Positions 51,801 through 63,900 of a stretch of 64,000 nucleotides of DNA are shown in pieces. Position numbers and translations under genes: made by a program. Position 1 is the first letter of the stretch. Each line of letters begins with the position of its first letter. The stretch covers positions 342,860,001 to 342,924,000 of the forward strand of contig OZ024742.1 in assembly GCA_964016885.1 (NCBI GenBank). Direction: 5' to 3'. The DNA is from Eledone cirrhosa. Its lineage: Eukaryota. The notes beneath the pieces are model-generated. The model ran no database searches and was not told the DNA's origin. It saw nothing but the letters and a program-made list of their open reading frames with translations.

Positions 51801-54800
51801 TATGTGATCTCCAGTGGTATGAAGTATGTGATCTCCAGTGGTATGAAATTTGTGATCTACAGTGGTATGAAGTATGTGATCTACAGTGGTATGAAGTATG
51901 TGATCTACAGTGGTATGAAGTATGTGATCTCCAGTGGTATGAAGTATGTGATCTCCAGTGGTATGAAATTTGTGATCTACAGTGGTATGAAGTATGTGAT
52001 CTCCAGTGGTATGAAGTATGTCATATCCTGTGGTATGAAGTATGTGATCTCCAGTGGTATGAAGTATGTCAGCTCCAGTGGTATGAAGTATGTGATCTCC
52101 AGTGGTATGAAGTATGTGATCTCCAGTGGTATGAAATATGTGATCTACAGTGGTATGAAGTATGTTAGCTCCAGTGGTATGAAGTATGTGATCTACAGTG
52201 GTATGAAGTATGTCAGCTCCAGTGGTATGAAGTATGTGATCTCCAGTGGTATGAAGTATGTGATCTCCTGTGGTATGAAGTATGTGATCTACAGTGGTAT
52301 GAAGTATGTGATCTACAGTGGTATGAAGTATGTGATCTACAGTGGTATGAAGTATGTGATCTACAGTGGTATGAAGTATGTGATCTACAGTGGTATGAAG
52401 TATGTCAGCTCCAGTGGTATGAAGTATGTGATCTACAGTGGTATGAAGTATGTCAGCTCCAGTGGTATGAAGTATGTGATCTCCAGTGGTATGAAGTATG
52501 TGATCTTCAGTGCTATGAAGTATGTGATCTCCATTGGTATGAAGTATGTGATCTACAGTGGTATGAAGTATGTGATCTACAGTGGTATGAAGTATGTGAT
52601 CTCCAGTGGTATGAAGTATGTGATCTACAGTGGTATGAAGTATGTGATCTACAGTGGTATGAAGTATGTCAGCTCCAGTGGTATGAAGTATGTGATCTAC
52701 AGTGGTATGAAGTATGTGATCTACAGTGGTATGAATTATGTTATCTACAGTGGTATGAAGTATGTCAGCTCCAGTGGTATGAAGTATGTGATCTACAGTG
52801 GTATGAAGTATGTGATCTACAGTGGTATGAAGTATGTCAGCTCCAGTGGTATGAAGTATGTGATCTACAGTGGTATGAAGTATGTGATCTACAGTGGTAT
52901 GAATATGTGATCTACAGTGGTATGAAGTATGTGATCTCCAGTAGTATGAAGTATGTGATCTACAGTGGTATGAAGTATGTGATCTACAGTGGTATGAAGT
53001 ATGTGATCTACAGTGGTATGAAGTATGTGATCTACAGTGGTATGAAGTATGTGATCTACAGTGGTATGCAGTATGTGATCTACAGTGGTATGAAGTATGT
53101 GATCTACAGTGGTATGAAGTATGTGATCTACAGTGGTATGAAGTATGTCAGCTCCAGTGGTATGAAGTATGTGATCTACATTGGTATGAAGTATGTGATC
53201 TACAGTGGTATGAAGTATGTGATATCCTGTGGTATGAAGTATGTGATCTCCTGTGGTATGAAGTATGTGATATCCTGTGGTATGAAGTATGTGATATCCA
53301 GTGGTATGAAGTATGTGATATCCAGTGGTATGAAGTATGTGATATCCTGTGGTATGAAGTATGTGATCTACAGTGGTATGAAGTATGTGATCTCCAGTGG
53401 TATGAAGTATGTGATAACCTGTGGTATGAAGTATGTGATATCCAGTGGTATGAAGTATGTCATATCCTGTGGTATGAAGTATGTGATCTACAGTGGTATG
53501 AAGTATGTGATATCCTGTGGTATGAAGTATGTGATATCCAGTGGTATGAAGTATGTGATCTACAGTGGTATGAAGTATGTGATCTACAGTGGTATGAAGT
53601 ATGTGATCTCCAGTGGTATGAAGTATGTGATCTCCAGTGGTATGAAGTATGTGATATCCTGTGTTATGAAGTATGTGATCTCCAGTGGTATGAAGTATGT
53701 GAACTACAGTGGTATGAAGTATGTAATCTCCAGTGGTATGAAGTATGTGATCTCCAGTGGTATGAAGTATGTGATCTCCAGTGGTATGAAGTATGTGATC
53801 TACAGTGGTATGAAGTATGTCAGCTCCAGTGGTATGAAGTATGTGATCTACAGTGGTATGAAGTATGTGATCTACAGTGGTATGAAGTATGTGATCTACA
53901 GTGGTATGAAGTATGTGATCTCCAGTGGTATGAAGTATGTAATCTACAGTGGTATGAAGTATGTGATCTCCAGTGGTATGAAGTATGTGATCTCCTGTGG
54001 TATGAAATATGTCAGCTCCAGTGGTATGAAGTATGTGATCTCCAGTGGTATGAAGTATGTGATCTCCACTGGTATGAAATATGTGATCTACAGTGGTATG
54101 AAGTATGTGATCTCCAGTGGTATGAAGTATGTGATCTCCAGTGGTATGAAGTATGTGATCTCTAGTGGTATGAAGTATGTGATCTCCAGTGGTATGAAGT
54201 ATGTGATATCCTGTGGTATGAAGTATGTGATATCCTGTGGTATGAAGTATGTGATCTCCAGTGGTATGAAGTATGTCAGCTCCAGTGGTATGAAGTATGT
54301 GATCTCCAGTGGTATGAAATATGTGATCTACAGTGGTATGAAGTATGTTAGCTCCAGTGGTATGAAGTATGTGATCTACAGTGGTATGAAGTATGTCAGC
54401 TCCAGTGGTATGAAGTATGTGATCTCCAGTGGTATGAAGTATGTGATCTCCTGTGGTATGAAGTATGTGATCTACAGTGGTATGAAGTATGTGATCTACA
54501 GTGGTATGAAGTATGTGATCTACAGTGGTATGAAGTATGTGATCTACAGTGGTATGAAGTATGTGATCTACAGTGGTATGAAGTATGTCAGCTCCAGTGG
54601 TATGAAGTATATGATCTACAGTGGTATGAAGTATGTGATCTAAAGTGGTATGAAGTATGTGATATACAGTGGTATGAAGTATGTCAGCTCCAGTGGTATG
54701 AAGTATGTGATCTACAGTGGTATGAAGTATGTAATCTACAGTGGTATGAAGTATGTGATCTCCAGTGGTATGAAGTATGTGATCTCCTGTCGTATGAAAT

Positions 54801-54900
54801 ATGTCAGCTCCAGTGGTATGAAGTATGTGATCTCCAGTGGTATGAAGTATGTGATCTCCAGTGGTATGAAATTTGTGATCTACAGTGGTATGAAGTATGT
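48830..54900 (+). repeat. Tandem duplication, unit 3,023 bp (126 monomers minus 1 bp)
   Basis: Deletions at 49880/52903, TAA at 51618/54641 and GATCTTCAGTGCT at ~49480/~52502. ORFs 49884..51620 and 52907..54643 translate identically as far as I can compare. Confidence 0.92.
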
Positions 54901-57900
54901 GATCTCCAGTGGTATGAAGTATGTGATCTCCAGTGATATGAAATATGTGATCTCTAGTGGTATGAAGTATGTGATCTCCAGTGGTATGAAGTATGTCATA
55001 TCCTGTGGTATGAAGTATGTGATCTCCAGTGGTATGAAGTATGTCAGCTCCAGTGGTATGAAGTATGTGATCTCCAGTGGTATGAAGTATGTGATCTCCA
55101 GTGGTATGAAATATGTGATCTGCAGTGGTATGAAGTATGTTAGCTCCAGTGGTATGAAGTATGTGATCTACAGTGGTATGAAGTATGTCAGCTCCAGTGG
55201 TATGAAGTATGTGATCTCCAGTGGTATGAAGTATGTGATCTCCTGTGGTATGAAGTATGTGATCTACAGTGGTATGAAGTATGTGATCTACAGTGGTATG
55301 AAGTATGTGATCTACAGTGGTATGAAGTATGTGATCTACAGTGGTATGAAGTATGTCAGCTCCAGTGGTATGAAGTATGTGATCTACAGTGGTATGAAGT
55401 ATGTCAGCTCCAGTGGTATGAAGTATGTGATCTCCAGTGGTATGAAGTATGTGATCTTCAGTGGTATGAAGTATGTGATCTCCATTGGTATGAAGTATGT
55501 GATCTACAGTGGTATGAAGTATGTGATCTACAGTGGTATGAAGTATGTGATCTACAGTGGTATGAAGCATGTGATCTACAGTGGTATGAAGTATGTGATC
55601 GACAGTGGTATGAAGTATGTCAGCTCCAGTGGTATGAAGTATGTGATCTACAGTGGTATGAAGTATGTGATCTACAGTGGTATGAATTATGTTATCTACA
55701 GTGGTATGAAGTATGTCAGCTCCAGTGGTATGAAGTATGTGATCTACAGTGGTATGAAGTATGTGATATCCTGTGTTATGAAGTATGTGATCTCCAGTGG
55801 TATGAAGTATGTGATCTACAGTGGTATGAAGTATGTAATCTCCAGTGGTATGAAGTATGTGATCTACAGTGGTATGAAGTATGTGATCTACAGTGGTATG
55901 AAGTATGTGATCTACAGTGGTATGAAGTATGTGATCTCCAGTGGTATGAAGTATGTAATCTACAGTGGTATGAAGTATGTGATCTCCAGTGGTATGAAGT
56001 ATGTGATCTCCTGTGGTATGAAATATGTCAGCTCCAGTGGTATGAAGTATGTGATCTCCAGTGGTATGAAGTATGTGATCTCCACTGGTATGAAATATGT
56101 GATCTACAGTGGTATGAAGTATGTGATCTCCAGTGGTATGAAGTATGTGATCTCCAGTGGTATGAAGTATGTGATCTCCAGTGGTATGAAGTATGTGATC
56201 TCCAGTGGTATGAAGTATGTGATATCCTGTGGTATGAAGTTTGTGATATCCTGTGGTATGAAGTATGTGATCTCCAGTGGTATGAAGTATGTCAGCTCCA
56301 GTGGTATGAAGTATGTGATCTCCAGTGGTATGAAATATGTGATCTACAGTGGTATGAAGTATGTTAGCTCCAGTGGTATGAAGTATGTGATCTACAGTGG
56401 TATGAAGTATGTCAGCTCCAGTGGTATGAAGTATGTGATCTCCAGTGGTATGAAGTATGTGATCTCCTGTGGTATGAAGTATGTGATCTACAGTGGTATG
56501 AAGTATGTGATCTACAGTGGTATGAAGTATGTGATCTACAGTGGTATGAAGTATGTGATCTACAGTGGTATGAAGTATGTGATCTACAGTGGTATGAAGT
56601 ATGTGATCTACAGTGGTATGAAGTATGTCAGCTCCAGTGGTATGAAGTATATGATCTACAGTGGTATGAAGTATGTGATCTACAGTGGTATGAAGTATGT
56701 GATATACAGTGGTATGAAGTATGTCAGCTCCAGTGGTATGAAGTATGTGATCTACAGTGGTATGAAGTATGTGATCTACAGTGGTATGAAGTATGTCAGC
56801 TCCAGTGGTATGAAGTATGTGATCTACAGTGGTATGAAGTATGTGATCTACAGTGGTATGAATATGTGATCTACAGTGGTATGAAGTATGTGATCTCCAG
56901 TAGTATGAAGTATGTGATCTACAGTGGTATGAAGTATGTGATCTACAGTGGTATGAAGTATGTGATCTACAGTGGTATGAAGTATGTGATCTACAGTGGT
57001 ATGAAGTATGTGATCTACAGTGGTATGCAGTATGTGATCTACAGTGGTATGAAGTATGTGATCTACAGTGGTATGAAGTATGTGATCTACAGTGGTATGA
57101 AGTATGTCAGCTCCAGTGGTATGAAGTATGTGATCTACAGTGGTATGAAGTATGTGATCTACAGTGGTATGAAGTATGTGATATCCTGTGGTATGAAGTA
57201 TGTGATCTCCTGTGGTATGAAGTATGTGATATCCTGTGGTATGACGTATGTGATATCCAGTGGTATGAAGTATGTGATATCCAGTGGTATGAAGTATGTG
57301 ATATCCTGTGGTATGAAGTATGTGATCTACAGTGGTATGAAGTATGTGATCTCCAGTGGTATGAAGTACGTGATAACCTGTGGTATGAAGTATGTGATAT
57401 CCTGTGGTATGAAGTATGTGATCTACAGTGGTATGAAGTATGTGATCTCCAGTGGTATGAAGTATGTGATATCCTGTGGTATGAAGTATGTGATATCCAG
57501 TGGTATGAAGTATGTGATCTACAGTGGTATGAAGTATGTGATCTACAGTGGTATGAAGTATGTGATCTCCAGTGGTATGAAGTATGTGATCTCCAGTGGT
57601 ATGAAGTATGTGATATCCTGTGTTATGAAGTATGTGATCTCCAGTGGTATGAAGTATGTGAACTACAGTGGTATGAAGTATGTAATCTCCAGTGGTATGA
57701 AGTATGTGATCTCCAGTGGTATGAAGTATGTGATCTCCAGTGGTATGAAGTATGTGATCTACAGTGGTATGAAGTATGTCAGCTCCAGTGGTATGAAGTA
57801 TGTGATCTACAGTGGTATGAAGTATGTGATCTACAGTGGTATGAAGTATGTGATCTACAGTGGTATGAAGTATGTGATCTCCAGTGGTATGAAGTATGTA

Positions 57901-60900
57901 ATCTACAGTGGTATGAAGTATGTGATCTCCAGTGGTATGAAGTATGTGATCTCCTGTGGTATGAAATATGTCAGCTCCAGTGGTATGAAGTATGTGATCT
58001 CCAGTGGTATGAAGTATGTGATCTCCACTGGTATGAAATATGTGATCTACAGTGGTATGAAGTATGTGATCTCCAGTGGTATGAAGTATGTGATCTCCAG
58101 TGGTATGAAGTATGTGATCTCTAGTGGTATGAAGTATGTGATCTCCAGTGGTATGAAGTATGTGATATCCTGTGGTATGAAGTATGTGATATCCTGTGGT
58201 ATGAAGTATGTGATCTCCAGTGGTATGAAGTATGTCAGCTCCAGTGGTATGAAGTATGTGATCTCCAGTGGTATGAAATATGTGATCTACAGTGGTATGA
58301 AGTATGTTAGCTCCAGTGGTATGAAGTATGTGATCTACAGTGGTATGAAGTATGTCAGCTCCAGTGGTATGAAGTATGTGATCTCCAGTGGTATGAAGTA
58401 TGTGATCTCCTGTGGTATGAAGTATGTGATCTACAGTGGTATGAAGTATGTGATCTACAGTGGTATGAAGTATGTGATCTACAGTGGTATGAAGTATGTG
58501 ATCTACAGTGGTATGAAGTATGTGATCTACAGTGGTATGAAGTATGTCAGCTCCAGTGGTATGAAGTATATGATCTACAGTGGTATGAAGTATGTGATCT
58601 AAAGTGGTATGAAGTATGTGATATACAGTGGTATGAAGTATGTCAGCTCCAGTGGTATGAAGTATGTGATCTACAGTGGTATGAAGTATGTAATCTACAG
58701 TGGTATGAAGTATGTGATCTCCAGTGGTATGAAGTATGTGATCTCCTGTCGTATGAAATATGTCAGCTCCAGTGGTATGAAGTATGTGATCTCCAGTGGT
58801 ATGAAGTATGTGATCTCCAGTGGTATGAAATTTGTGATCTACAGTGGTATGAAGTATGTGATCTCCAGTGGTATGAAGTATGTGATCTCCAGTGATATGA
58901 AATATGTGATCTCTAGTGGTATGAAGTATGTGATCTCCAGTGGTATGAAGTATGTCATATCCTGTGGTATGAAGTATGTGATCTCCAGTGGTATGAAGTA
59001 TGTCAGCTCCAGTGGTATGAAGTATGTGATCTCCAGTGGTATGAAGTATGTGATCTCCAGTGGTATGAAATATGTGATCTGCAGTGGTATGAAGTATGTT
59101 AGCTCCAGTGGTATGAAGTATGTGATCTACAGTGGTATGAAGTATGTCAGCTCCAGTGGTATGAAGTATGTGATCTCCAGTGGTATGAAGTATGTGATCT
59201 CCTGTGGTATGAAGTATGTGATCTACAGTGGTATGAAGTATGTGATCTACAGTGGTATGAAGTATGTGATCTACAGTGGTATGAAATATGTGATCTACAG
59301 TGGTATGAAGTATGTCAGCTCCAGTGGTATGAAGTATGTGATCTACAGTGGTATGAAGTATGTCAGCTCCAGTGGTATGAAGTATGTGATCTCCAGTGGT
59401 ATGAAGTATGTGATCTTCAGTGGTATGAAGTATGTGATCTCCATTGGTATGAAGTATGTGATCTACAGTGGTATGAAGTATGTGATCTACAGTGGTATGA
59501 AGTATGTGATCTACAGTGGTATGAAGTATATGATCTACAGTGGTATGAAGTATGTGATCGACAGTGGTATGAAGTATGTCAGCTCCAGTGGTATGAAGTA
59601 TGTGATCTACAGTGGTATGAAGTATGTGATCTACAGTGGTATGAATTATGTTATCTACAGTGGTATGAAGTATGTCAGCTCCAGTGGTATGAAGTATGTG
59701 ATCTACAGTGGTATGAAGTATGTGATATCCTGTGTTATGAAGTATGTGATCTCCAGTGGTATGAAGTATGTGATCTACAGTGGTATGAAGTATGTAATCT
59801 CCAGTGGTATGAAGTATGTGATCTACAGTGGTATAAAGTATGTGATCTCCAGTGGTATGAAGTATGTGATCTACAGTGGTATGAAGTATGTGATCTCCAG
59901 TGGTATGAAGTATGTAATCTACAGTGGTATGAAGTATGTGATCTCCAGTGGTATGAAGTATGTGATCTCCTGTGGTATGAAATATGTCAGCTCCAGTGGT
60001 ATGAAGTATGTGATCTCCAGTGGTATGAAGTATGTGATCTCCACTGGTATGAAATATGTGATCTACAGTGGTATGAAGTATGTGATCTCCAGTGGTATGA
60101 AGTATGTGATCTCCAGTGGTATGAAGTATGTGATCTCCAGTGGTATGAAGTATGTGATCTCCAGTGGTATGAAGTATGTGATATCCTGTGGTATGAAGTA
60201 TGTGATATCCTGTGGTATGAAGTATGTGATCTCCAGTGGTATGAAGTATGTCAGCTCCAGTGGTATGAAGTATGTGATCTCCAGTGGTATGAAATATGTG
60301 ATCTACAGTGGTATGAAGTATGTGATCTACAGTGGTATGAAGTATGTCAGCTCCAGTGGTATGAAGTATGTGATATCCTGTGGTATGAAGTATGTGATCT
60401 CCAGTGATATGAAATATGTGATCTCTAGTGGTATGAAGTATGTGATCTCCAGTGGTATGAAGTATGTCATATCCTGTGGTATGAAGTATGTGATCTCCAG
60501 TGGTATGAAGTATGTCAGCTCCAGTGGTATGAAGTATGTGATCTCCAGTGGTATGAAGTATGTGATCTCCAGTGGTATGAAATATGTGATCTGCAGTGGT
60601 ATGAAGTATGTGATCTCCTGTCGTATGAAATATGTCAGCTCCAGTGGTATGAAGTATGTGATCTCCAGTGGTATGAAGTATGTGATCTCCAGTGGTATGA
60701 AATTTGTGATCTACAGTGGTATGAAGTATGTGACCTCCAGTGGTATGAAGTATGTGATCTCCAGTGATATGAAATATGTGATCTCCAGTGGTATGAAGTA
60801 TGTGATCTCCAGTGGTATGAAGTATGTGATCTACAGTGGTATGAAGTATGTGATCTACAGTGGTATGAAGTATGTGATATCCTGTGGTATGAAGTATGTG

Positions 60901-63900
60901 ATATCCAGTGGTATGAAGTATGTGATCTACAGTGGTATGAAGTATGTGATCTACAGTGGTATGAAGTATGTGATCTCCAGTGGTATGAAGTATGTGATCT
61001 CCAGTGGTATGAAGTATGTGATATCCTGTGTTATGAAGTATGTGATCTCCAGTGGTATGAAGTATGTGAACTACAGTGGTATGAAGTATGTATTCTCCAG
61101 TGGTATGAAGTATGTGATCTCCAGTGGTATGAAGTATGTGATCTCCAGTGGTATGAAGTATGTGATCTACAGTGGTATGAAGTATGTCAGCTCCAGTGGT
61201 ATGAAGTATGTGATCTACAGTGGTATGAAGTATGTGATCTACAGTGGTATGAAGTATGTGATCTACAGTGGTATGAAGTATGTGATCTCCAGTGGTATGA
61301 AGTATGTAATCTACAGTGGTATGAAGTATGTGATCTCCAGTGGTATGAAGTATGTGATCTCCTGTGGTATGAAATATGTCAGCTCCAGTGGTATGAAGTA
61401 TGTGATCTCCAGTGGTATGAAGTATGTGATCTCCACTGGTATGAAATATGTGATCTACAGTGGTATGAAGTATGTGATCTCCAGTGGTATGAAGTATGTG
61501 ATCTCCAGTGGTATGAAGTATGTGATCTCTAGTGGTATGAAGTATGTGATCTCCAGTGGTATGAAGTATGTGATATCCTGTGGTATGAAGTATGTGATAT
61601 CCTGTGGTATGAAGTATGTGATCTCCAGTGGTATGAAGTATGTCAGCTCCAGTGGTATGAAGTATGTGATCTCCAGTGGTATGAAATATGTGATCTACAG
61701 TGGTATGAAGTATGTTAGCTCCAGTGGTATGAAGTATGTGATCTACAGTGGTATGAAGTATGTCAGCTCCAGTGGTATGAAGTATGTGATCTCCAGTGGT
61801 ATGAAGTATGTGATCTCCTGTGGTATGAAGTATGTGATCTACAGTGGTATGAAGTATGTGATCTACAGTGGTATGAAGTATGTGATCTACAGTGGTATGA
61901 AGTATGTGATCTACAGTGGTATGAAGTATGTGATCTACAGTGGTATGAAGTATGTCAGCTCCAGTGGTATGAAGTATATGATCTACAGTGGTATGAAGTA
62001 TGTGATCTAAAGTGGTATGAAGTATGTGATATACAGTGGTATGAAGTATGTCAGCTCCAGTGGTATGAAGTATGTGATCTACAGTGGTATGAAGTATGTA
62101 ATCTACAGTGGTATGAAGTATGTGATCTCCAGTGGTATGAAGTATGTGATCTCCTGTCGTATGAAATATGTCAGCTCCAGTGGTATGAAGTATGTGATCT
62201 CCAGTGGTATGAAGTATGTGATCTCCAGTGGTATGAAATTTGTGATCTACAGTGGTATGAAGTATGTGATCTCCAGTGGTATGAAGTATGTGATCTCCAG
62301 TGATATGAAATATGTGATCTCTAGTGGTATGAAGTATGTGATCTCCAGTGGTATGAAGTATGTCATATCCTGTGGTATGAAGTATGTGATCTCCAGTGGT
62401 ATGAAGTATGTCAGCTCCAGTGGTATGAAGTATGTGATCTCCAGTGGTATGAAGTATGTGATCTCCAGTGGTATGAAATATGTGATCTGCAGTGGTATGA
62501 AGTATGTTAGCTCCAGTGGTATGAAGTATGTGATCTACAGTGGTATGAAGTATGTCAGCTCCAGTGGTATGAAGTATGTGATCTCCAGTGGTATGAAGTA
62601 TGTGATCTCCTGTGGTATGAAGTATGTGATCTACAGTGGTATGAAGTATGTGATCTACAGTGGTATGAAGTATGTGATCTACAGTGGTATGAAGTATGTG
62701 ATCTACAGTGGTATGAAGTATGTCAGCTCCAGTGGTATGAAGTATGTGATCTACAGTGGTATGAAGTATGTCAGCTCCAGTGGTATGAAGTATGTGATCT
62801 CCAGTGGTATGAAGTATGTGATCTTCAGTGGTATGAAGTATGTGATCTCCATTGGTATGAAGTATGTGATCTACAGTGGTATGAAGTATGTGATCTACAG
62901 TGGTATGAAGTATGTGATCTACAGTGGTATGAAGTATATGATCTACAGTGGTATGAAGTATGTGATCGACAGTGGTATGAAGTATGTCAGCTCCAGTGGT
63001 ATGAAGTATGTGATCTACAGTGGTATGAAGTATGTGATCTACAGTGGTATGAATTATGTTATCTACAGTGGTATGAAGTATGTCAGCTCCAGTGGTATGA
63101 AGTATGTGATCTACAGTGGTATGAAGTATGTGATATCCTGTGTTATGAAGTATGTGATCTCCAGTGGTATGAAGTATGTGATCTACAGTGGTATGAAGTA
63201 TGTAATCTCCAGTGGTATGAAGTATGTGATCTACAGTGGTATGAAGTATGTGATCTACAGTGGTATGAAGTATGTGATCTACAGTGGTATGAAGTATGTG
63301 ATCTCCAGTGGTATGAAGTATGTAATCTACAGTGGTATGAAGTATGTGATCTCCAGTGGTATGAAGTATGTGATCTCCTGTGGTATGAAATATGTCAGCT
63401 CCAGTGGTATGAAGTATGTGATCTCCAGTGGTATGAAGTATGTGATCTCCACTGGTATGAAATATGTGATCTACAGTGGTATGAAGTATGTGATCTCCAG
63501 TGGTATGAAGTATGTGATCTCCAGTGGTATGAAGTATGTGATCTCCAGTGGTATGAAGTATGTGATCTCCAGTGGTATGAAGTATGTGATATCCTGTGGT
63601 ATGAAGTATGTGATATCCTGTGGTATGAAGTATGTGATCTCCAGTGGTATGAAGTATGTCAGCTCCAGTGGTATGAAGTATGTGATCTCCAGTGGTATGA
63701 AATATGTGATCTACAGTGGTATGAAGTATGTTAGCTCCAGTGGTATGAAGTATGTGATCTACAGTGGTATGAAGTATGTCAGCTCCAGTGGTATGAAGTA
63801 TGTGATCTCCAGTGGTATGAAGTATGTGATCTACAGTGGTATGAAGTATGTGATCTACAGTGGTATGAAGTATGTGATCTACAGTGGTATGAAGTATGTG

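Noticed and set aside
26980-55570. Listed minus-strand His-rich ORFs (301-893 aa)
   Set aside because: Each starts at a sporadic TAT>CAT variant and ends just after a frameshifting deletion, with no gene context.
14-62010. Long + strand ORFs of (MKYVISSG)n, up to 2,232 aa
   Set aside because: These are an automatic result of a 24-bp stop-free unit. They start and end at amplified point variants or 1-bp deletions, overlap equally open frames, and have no unique termini or domain.
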